Below, piece after piece: positions 54,498-64,000 of a stretch of DNA of 64,000 bases (positions are counted from its first letter, which is position 1; each line of letters starts with the position of its first letter). Below the pieces are notes generated by a model, which was given only the letters and a program-made list of their open reading frames with translations, had not been told where the DNA came from and ran no database searches. Origin of the DNA: Eledone cirrhosa (taxonomy: Eukaryota); the NCBI GenBank assembly GCA_964016885.1, contig OZ024741.1, positions 96,658,001 through 96,722,000 of the forward strand, read 5' to 3'. The translations under genes and the position numbers were made by a program.

Positions 54498-55073
54498 CAT
54501 ACATACACATACATATATATATGTATATATATGTATATCTCTCTCTCTAAATATATATATAAATATATATATATATATGTGTGTGAGTGTGTTTCTGTGT
54601 GTGTGTATGTGTGTGTATATGCCTGTATACACATACAATCATCCATCCAAACATACATACATGCATACATACATCCTTAAAGATAGATAGATATATAAGT
54701 AAATATAAAATGTCATGAAATAACGTTCTTTAGTTAATTAACTTAGACAAGCTGAATGTAACGAGCGTTCGGTGTATAAGTGTCAGTTTATAATTTCTAA
54801 CACACAGTTGAACACATTATATTTATCTACTAAATCTGTATGTGCTTAAAGCTTGCCACTATTAAATTCTAATCTCATATACAGCTAGACACTCACGTAG
54901 ACTTCTACAAAACCGCTGTCTCTTTTTACTTTCTTTCATAACATACATGCACGCACAGATCCAAACACGCCCCGGCCACATATATGCACATCTTCACCCA
55001 CTGCCGTAGCTAAATGTGTACTATCCTCTATTTCCATTACCCATAAACTTCATGCTAAACAATCGACACACAA

Positions 55074-55144
<71 letters not shown>

Positions 55145-55173
55145 TATACATATATATATATATACATATATAT

Positions 55174-55285
55174 AATTGTTTCTACTTTAGGCACAAGGCC
55201 AGCACTTACCCAGTACAATACTGGTACTTTATTTTATAGACCCCGTAAGGATGAAAGGCAAAGTCAACCTCGGCGGGATTTGAAC
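55174..55285 (-). mobile_element. 5'-truncated tRNA-derived SINE in (TA)n
   Basis: Reverse complement of SINE body from the B-box to the tail. Confidence 0.85.
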
Positions 55286-55641
55286 ATATATATATATATA
55301 ATGGGGGTATATGAGAGCATGCATACCATTATATTATACGCTTATATACATTAAATATATGAGTAGTCTCCCTATCTAGGAAAAAATATTCATTCCTAAT
55401 GAAATAAATTCATTTTCTCTATTTTCCTCTGTGAATTCATCATATATATTTCTTCAGACACACCTATTATTGTTAAACGCTCTCTTAGTGTTACACTTTC
55501 ACCATCTGCCCCTCTCTCTCTCTCTCTCTTGTACACACATTAATACACCCCACCACTCACATCTATCTATCTATCCATCTATCTATCTATCCATCTCTCT
55601 CTCTCTCTCTCACACACACACTCTCTCTCTCTCTCTCTCTC

Positions 55642-55737
<96 letters not shown>

Positions 55738-57535
55738 TATAGCTTATTAATTTATAGCAAATACTTTTCCTTTACTATTTCGTTTGATTCAAAACAACTT
55801 CACATAAAAGATAATTTCATAACTGATTTGTTGATCAATAATTCATTGTTAATTAAATGCAGTTGATAGAAATGCCCACACATCCCATGTTTTCAGATAA
55901 ATAGTTAAAACTAATACTAAACAATCTATTAAGTATGTTTTCGAAATGATTACTTGCGTTGACAGTCATATTTTTACGCAATATAAACAAGATATAAAAC
56001 ACAACACTTAGGTCAACTAAGTTACGTCACGACTGGGCAATTCAAATTCACACTGTTTAAAAAAGCAGCTAACCCACTCCTGGATCATTTTACAAAATGA
56101 AAACGTAACAGAACTTACGTAACATTATATGGTGAGGATAAAATGCATATATAACTAGAGATATGTCATTTAAGTTGAACAATGATTACAGACACACATA
56201 CACATATATATGTATATACTTATAATCATCCATCCATCCATACATACACCTATATAGGGATAACAACTTAGTAAGAAAATATAAACTGAGCATTTATGAT
56301 CAATCAATGAAAATCAGAAAAAGACGAAGATAAGAACTGAGAAAACACGATGGTTAACCAGAGGAAACAAAATTATCTTAAGTCAATATTAAGATGATTC
56401 AGTAAATATGAAATAAAAGGTCGTAATAAATGCATAGACATAGAAAGTGCATGAGAATAGATGAATTGTTGGTAGAGAAATTGAAATCTAGCAAAAATAC
56501 AACAGAGTATTTAGTAACTGGTGAACTAAAAAATAACATTGCCTTGAAAATGTGAGCTGTGTATCATGCAACTATGTTGTAATGCTTGAGGGAAACACGA
56601 AATGTATTGATGTATCATATCGTAATTAGATTAAGCTATTACAGTAAATTGTAAATTGAATTAAATCTCGGAGAGTATGGACACAATATTAATGTACATT
56701 TTTTTGAAAAAATATAAGATATGTTAAATATATCGAAATACGTAATTAAAGAAGAGAAAATGAAATAGAAATATATTTCTCAGGTGAGTATAAAGCAAAG
56801 AAGGAATATCGAATTGAAAACAGAGGTTTTAAATTTTTAAAAAGCTACTGAATAAAATGAATAGTGTGAGTTTATAAAGAGAGTAAGCTAAAAAGAGAGA
56901 TTATTAGATATTGTACTGTTTGTCCTTAATAATTACATGAGGAAAATATGAAGTTATTTACGAAAGAATTAAATTAATTAAAAAAAATTAATACAATATT
57001 AAAAAAAAGGACAGAAACTGGGGTATTAAATAAAATATATAAATGAGATTCCAAAAATATAAATGGAAATTACTTTTAATAGACTAAATTACATAGAATA
57101 CAATTTGATAAGGAAGAAAAGTTCTCCACAAAGTTAAGTATAAAGTTGGAATTTAAAAGTGGTAAGGCGATTAAAGTAAATAATGAAAGTAAAGGTTTAA
57201 AATAAATATTTAAGAATATGAAATATTTTGGATTTTGGAGCACAAAAATTCTAAGACGAAAATTTACTGCTATAGGTAAAATATTTTTCAAGAAAATAAA
57301 GCAAATATATATAAAATTTAAAAAAGAAAACAACACATCTTGCAAAATAGTTGCAGTTCAATGAAATATACTACAGTGTAATGAAATAAAACGGTCAATA
57401 GCGTAATAGAAACAGTTGATAGCTATTTCGTATTAAGTAGAGGTATTAATGCTATATTGTAGGATATGTAGTAGGGTTAAATTTTCGAGGACGCATGTTT
57501 GCAGTGTGGAGTCGGACTCCACAAATAGAGTTCCC

Positions 57536-58227
57536 TGAAGCAAGTAGAATAGCTGGAGTATCTCAAGGCCGTGTTCCCGAGTGATGGAATGCAGGAGGCT
57601 AAATTAAGGGCAAAATTTTCAGGAGCTTATGCAGTAATGTGGCAGCTTCAGCATTTGGTAAATGGGGGTTGTTGTAAAAGCCGAAATCGCTATCTTCAAA
57701 TCGGTATTCGCGCCAACCATTAACTAAGGTCATTAATATTGAGTAATGACCGAAAGAATACTATCACGAATACAAGCGGTCGAAATGGAGCAATGTTAAT
57801 CGGTAGAGTGCGTATCTCTGGGATTAGAGAGACGCTACAAATCCCGCCGAGGTTGACTTTGCCTTTCATCCTTACGGGGTCGATAAAATAAAGTACCAGT
57901 AATGCACTGGGTAATTACTGGCCTTGTGCCTAAAGTAGAAACAATTATGTCTCAGGAAAAAATCGCCGGGCAGATTTTGCTGAGAAACCAACCAACAGGA
58001 GACCCAGTTGTAGATCCCAAGCACGATTGTTGGATAACATACATAAGATTGGCTGATCTCACTTGGGGATCCAGGCGATCCAGTTGGAGACGGTTGCTTC
58101 TGAGAGGACCTGTCGGTCTCATGAAGAAGAAGAAGAAGAAGAAGAAGAAGAAGAAGAAGAAGAAGAAGAAGAAGAAGAAGAAGAAGAAGAAGAAGAAGAA
58201 GAAGAAGAAGAAGAAGAAGAAGAAGAA
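57536..58227 (+). mobile_element. RTE LINE 3' remnant with expanded (GAA)n tail (58123-58227), interrupted by truncated SINE (57838-57948)
   Basis: LKQVE.LEYLKAVFPSDG motif; homologous to the reverse complement of 6400-6990. Confidence 0.8.
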
Positions 58228-58811
58228 TGTAGCAATGCAAATATCCAGGTGACTCTCGTTATGATAGCAACCTCAAAATGACTAATCTCAGTAAGTAATA
58301 ACAACAAAATCAACGTGGATACCTACAACGGCAGCTGTGACGAAAGCACAATAATCGATAACGGCCTCATAAATACACATTCGTTCATGAGCAAATTTAG
58401 TTTAAATAACGCCATCAGTAAAAATATTATAATTATTTCTACTATAGGCACAAGGCCAGCAATTTTTAGAATTCTGACGGAGGGGAATAATTGATTAAAT
58501 CGACGTGTGTGTGTGTATGTGTGTGTGTGTTGGCAGAGGTCCCAAGATCTATATATATATATACACTTATTGGTGGGTTTTGATGGACATGTGGGAGTAA
58601 AGTAGGGTTAAGTTTAAAAGGTAGCCTGTAAGGATGATGGATAACGGGTAGAAATATAAACACTAAAGGACGAAAAAGTAAAATATAAAATTATATTTAA
58701 AAATATATATAAAAGGCTTAAGTAAGAATATAACAAAAAATAAAAGTAAAAGTAAAAGTGGGGTGATAAATGTTACAAGAATAATGACAAAAATAAAAAA
58801 TAAATATATAA

Positions 58812-58996
58812 TAATTGTTTCTACTTTTGGCACAAGGCCAGCAATTTACAGAGTATTACTGGTACTTTATTTTATCAACTCCGTAAAGTTGAAAGGCAAA
58901 GCTAACCTCGGCAGTATTTGAACTCAGAACTTAAAGGGCCATAACTCAATGCTATTAAGCATGGTGTCTGTCGCTGTACCGATACTGCAAATCCAC
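58812..58996 (-). mobile_element. tRNA-derived SINE (another 3' fragment at 58432-58503)
   Basis: Reverse complement of SINE consensus. Confidence 0.85.
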
Positions 58997-60299
58997 TATA
59001 TCATAATAAGCTATAATAAACTAATAATTCAGATACCAATTCACTATGGATTAGAAATGATATCAATATTCATATGAGTTTTGACAGGCACGGCTATTTG
59101 TCTCACAAGAAATTGGGTTAGTGATCGAAAAGATGAAGACCCTACGTAGTTACTAAAATAACAACTAGGTCTGAGTGCTGCTAGTGAATGGGACTTTAAG
59201 GAGGTCGATATATACATCAACCGCAATCCCACAAAAGTCATTGTTAGTTGGCATTGGATTAGATTTGTTAGATAATTTCATACTAGCGCTGGTTGTTTCC
59301 ATACTTGTGTACAATTCTACGTTTCTTTATTAACTCCCTCATGGTCTTGGCCACGAGGAATATGCTGATAGTTATGATGAAGAAAATCATGGTCATAATT
59401 ATGATGAGAATCGTAAAGATCTTAATGTACTCGTATATGAAAGCAATAATGAATATTAGTATTCTTAAAACATCGTGTATTTCATTTGGGAAACTAGAAA
59501 ATGTAATGAAATCTCACTGATAATTCTCTAAAGGAATTAAATGGCAGACACCTTTTATAATTATCAATATTATAACTGATAGTACTAATTGCCAACATTT
59601 GGTAATTCATCTATTATGGTACAATTTTGAGTTAGTTCAATGTAATATAAGCTGATATATCTCCAATAATTGTTGCACACTAATTACTGCTTCTGGCAAT
59701 GACTATATTCCGGTTGGGGATTATGCAAGTGTCATATAATATACTACATCACAGTATTGTTTATAGAGGTTATGTAACAGTATATTAGTGATACGCTTTT
59801 AATGCCGCCCTCACGTATATTTTTATAAATGCCGAAATACACACTCTAAAATTATTTATCGCTTTTAAAGGACTAGGTCGATAATGAATACAATCTATGA
59901 GGTGGAGAGGCGCGATTTAGTAGGATCGATATCCATGAGGGATAATAAAAATATAATGATGTTACAATTTAATATGACAATAATGATACTGACTTAGAAT
60001 AATTAACATTATCATAATAATTATAATTCTTTCAAAAATTATTTTCCTAAAGCAAATACTTTTTAGGAGAAGACTGGTGTTTGTATTATTGGGCTTGGAA
60101 TGAGGAAAAGATAAAATCGACTCCAGTGAAATTAAACTAAGAATGTACATGGACGTAATTAATAAAATATCACGACTAATTAGGCCGTTCGTTCTACAGA
60201 CGTGGGATGGTTGACGAAATCACCTCCACTGGAATATAAACTGGGACATAACTAAATACCACAATGTATTTCCTCTGGTGTTATGATGATTCAGCCATC

Positions 60300-60770
60300 T
60301 ACCTATTCTTCTTAATCTTCACCAATTTATTCTCGAAAGAGTCGAACATTCGTATAAAAACAGCAGGGCAACAAGGGGCTGACCATCGATACTGTACCCC
60401 TGCACAACCTTGCACATCAGGTCCCGAGGAACGGGGTCATATGCCTTTTCGAGGTTTTCAAAACAAGAATATACCTCTCCGCAATGCTTCCACGATTTTT
60501 TAAAAACCTGCCACAGTGTGAATATATGGTCGGCTGTACTGCATCCGGGGCGAAAACCGCACTGTTCATCAGCTAGCTTGGACTCGACAATCTCCTTACA
60601 TCTCTTTGCCAGACAGTTAGCATAAGCTTTACCGGGGAGCATTAACAAGGATATCCATCTGTCTGCCTTTTTGAAAATTTGGATTATCTCACTCGATTGC
60701 CATTGCTTAGGTGCCTTTCCAGAAATCCAGGCCACCCGGTACACACCAGTTAGGAAGAGAATATCTATTC
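60300..60770 (-). pseudogene. RTE-clade LINE RT fragment
   Basis: AWISGKAPKQWQ..IFKKADR..ISLL.LPGKAYA...EQCGFRPGCSTADHIFTL...LEKAYDPVPR. Confidence 0.88.
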
Positions 60771-61557
60771 TAGGCAGGGCTGTTCGGCTAGAGAACGGGT
60801 TGCACGTAGTGGATAGCGGTACACCCACCAGATATGATCGTTAGTTGCGATAATATCTGGCAGCCGCCGGACGATAAGCTACCGCGGACCAACAGCGGTA
60901 CACTGCTAGGGGAGTTTGAGCAATGTGTAACATCTGTAGCTCCCAAGAAAACTCTCGCAACTCAGTGGTGTAGGTATGACGAGGTGAGTAAAGGCCGCCT
61001 CTAAAAAAAATGCAATATTGTGAGAGGTACGAAAAAGAACCATCCCGGGATGGGATAACAAGGGACGCGTTCAGGACTATGGTAGTGGGGCCTATTCGAA
61101 TAAGATATTGCATCTTCATTTGTTGCTGCAGAAACTGGCGATGGGCCTGCGACATATCCTGGGAGGCGTCGGATCGAGCCACAAAATATGAGTATCTGAG
61201 AGCACAAAAAGCTTTTGGAAGAGAGCACACCTTAACATTTTTAACCTGGAATATTGTGTTTCCGAAACCCAAAATTAATATTTAGTTTCTTGATTCTGTA
61301 TAGATAGATAAAAACCGATATTATTTACAATTAGTGTTGTCATGAAGAATGACAAGAGAACCTAACCGTAAACATCCATACTTATACTTGTATTATTTTA
61401 TTCAACATTCCTTCAAATATATGAGATGTAAGTTATATAATTATTTAAAATTAGTATAGTATCCCTAATAGAATTATTATTATCAACTATGGTGAGAATT
61501 GAACCTAGAACGCGTAGTACGTTGGTGGAATCGCGAAATTATTTAGCCTGCCACTTT

Positions 61558-61750
61558 GGGTGGTGGATTGGCAGTTTCGGTAGAGGGTCGGACGCCATGC
61601 TTTAACGCATTGAGTTACGGCCCTTGCCATTCTGAGTTCAAATCCCGCCGAGGTTAACTTTGCCTTTCATCCTTACGGGGTCGATAAAATAAAGTAGCAC
61701 TAATACACTGGGGTAATAGCTGGCCTTGTGCAAAAAGTAGAAACAATTAT
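61558..61750 (+). mobile_element. tRNA-derived SINE with 21-bp TSD
   Basis: aattatttagcctg(c/t)cacttt at 61537-61557 and 61745-61765. Confidence 0.93.
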
Positions 61751-62015
61751 TTAGCCTGTCACTTTAAGAAAATATAAGTTTACTTATTTGAGATTACAGA
61801 AAAGTTCCCCATTCCAAGAATATATAAGATAGGACACAGGCATTCAGAAATGTCTATGAATATAAAAGGTCACATTCTATTTCAGCTTACCACTCTACAC
61901 GTTTCAAATATTTGTTTGCAACAAGGCTAAAACAAATCCCAATATTATATGGAGAGGAAAACAGGAAGTGTACGTTCATGCTTTTCTCATGGGAAATATT
62001 CTTGCGTCACATTGA

Positions 62016-62050
<35 letters not shown>

Positions 62051-62262
62051 GAGAGAGAGAGAGAGTGATAAGGTGAGAGAGAAAGGAATTTTATGAAGTT
62101 ACAGACAGGAAAATACCTAACTTTTGACATTTAAGCATTTTTAAATATCAAAAGCATGGCAAATATGATCGTCTTAATCTTGAATTATATACATAGAAAC
62201 TGCATGCATACACTAGCACATAGACGCACGTGCGCGCGAAGGCACTCCTCACAAAAGCACAG

Positions 62263-62295
<33 letters not shown>

Positions 62296-62398
62296 CAGTG
62301 GGTGTCCCTCAAAAATCTATACACAGCTTGATTACCTGTAAAGGCAATATTTATTAGAATGCTTTTGAAGTGTCCATACATTTTTTCGGGACACCTTG
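62296..62398. mobile_element. Tc1/mariner-type MITE
   Basis: TA|cagtgggtgtccc...gggacaccttg|TA imperfect TIRs with TA target. Confidence 0.65.
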
Positions 62399-63266
62399 TA
62401 TATATATATATATTCTGGTTTTCCTAAACATGTATACACAATTCAACAGCATTCTCATAAATATACACCTTGTATATATTGGTTTAGTTTACATATATTT
62501 ATTACTATTTCTATGTCTTTCGAAACTCTGACATAAACTCACAATCTTTGAAGGATGCAACTAAATCAGCCTTTTGGGAACAAGAAATAATCATAGAAAG
62601 ACTATACATTATCTTGACATAGGAATTTCAATGAAAATGCTGACCCAACAATAATTATCTAGCTTTTAACCTTATCAGGAAACTGCAGCAAATTTAAACG
62701 AAACCAGCTCATTAGAGTCTTTATTTAGTAGGTATTATAATTTTATAAATAACTTTATAATTCAATTTGTTGTGATTAGCAATGCAGTAATATAACTAAT
62801 TATCCAAAGAAAATCCATCCACCTGAATTTTACGTCATGCGACTGCTAAACGTGACGCCTAATATCAATTACATAATTATTAGTACTTCACTGGCATGAT
62901 TATAGCTAAATTATATTTCATTTCCGAATAGACACATATAATCCCAATATAACAGTGAACATGCAGAGACATTGAATCATCGAATAAAATGTATTGCAGC
63001 ATTCATTTCGGCTCTCTGTGACCCTAGTTCAAACCCTGCCTACTAGTAAAGTACTGAATTCAATTCCTTTTTTTCTTTTTCTGCTACTTTTTTTTTAAAT
63101 TGGGTGCTTCCAAACCACATGAAGCATGGGTTCAACCACGTATAAAAATATTGTACACCATATTTCATGACACTCATACAATACAAGCGGATTTGATGGT
63201 TAATGGAAGAAGGTGGGATCATATATATATATATATATATAATTACTTGTATGAACGTCATATAAT

Positions 63267-63453
63267 TGTTTCTACTTTTGGCACAAGGCCAGCAATTACC
63301 CAGTGCATTACTGGTACTTTACTTTATCGACCCAGTAAGGATGAAAGGCAAAGTTAACCTCGGCGGGATTTGAACTCAGATCATAAAGGGACGTAACTCT
63401 ATGCTTCAAAGCATGGTGTCCGACTCTCTATTGATACTGCCAATCCACCGCCC
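63267..63453 (-). mobile_element. tRNA-derived SINE with 15-bp TSD
   Basis: tgaacgtcatataat at 63252-63266 and 63454-63468. Confidence 0.93.
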
Positions 63454-64000
63454 TGAACGTCATATAATGATATGAAGATATTAATGTATATGTATATATT
63501 TTCATGAGATTAGACATGGCTTATTAGCTTCAATTTTATTTAGAAGTTTATCAATGACGTAAACCTAGGCAAAAAGTTGTTGAAGAGCAAATTCCTCATT
63601 GAAAACAATGACAATGACGACCGTAATCATCAGGTTTATGCCGACTTCCAGGTGCCATTTACATTGTAAGAAAGCCAAAAATGTTTAAGACTTGGAGTAA
63701 AGGAGCTAAATTTGTCAGAGCAAAAATGATGATTATATCTCCAGGTTCTAGAGCTTTATACTAATTGCTGAAAGGCCGCCTCTCAGTGTGTAATGGAAAG
63801 TTGTGCTTTAATTATTCTAAGCTTAACGTCAGAAAAGCAGTTCATACTGAGACTTAACCCATTATCAACAATTATCTATCCCAGTTGTATAGATGCCTCT
63901 ACTTGTTATTACAATAGGTGGAAGCAACTTAGGTATTATGAAATATGTCAACCGAATGTAAACTTAAGGCTAACAATATAGTCTCGAATAAGTATCAAGT

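Noticed and set aside
57872-58313. Poly-K/E/L/S ORFs
   Set aside because: Read through the (GAA)n LINE tail and a SINE; the same applies to the poly-L/R ORFs at 10637 and 51909
60841-61285. Overlapping 75-143 aa ORFs beside the RTE RT fragment
   Set aside because: No recognisable domain; likely decayed transposon sequence

Overview
AT-rich, microsatellite-dense eukaryotic non-coding DNA. The repeat landscape suggests an octopus/cephalopod genome, but this is inference only. No host gene can be supported. The window holds: (i) four decayed Penelope-like retroelements (PLEs; RT and/or GIY-YIG endonuclease) from two distinct lineages, all inserted in (TA)n tracts, three with long inverted terminal repeats; (ii) many short (0.1-0.6 kb), mostly palindromic, non-coding insertions in (TA)n tracts; (iii) a tRNA-derived SINE family (12 or more copies) and a second SINE; (iv) RTE-type LINE remnants; (v) simple repeats. 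The main hidden signal, read by eye, is type-I hammerhead ribozyme (HHR) motifs in about nine unrelated sequence families. These include core variants (U3-A8 covariant, U4A, extra nucleotide or U-U at the base of stem II), a non-coding retrozyme-like ~460-bp unit, and a family of palindromes folded back on HHR stem II. Together they suggest a (TA)n-targeting, ribozyme-bearing retroelement ecosystem that makes inverted repeats by cDNA fold-back. All folds were done manually and none is tested for activity.
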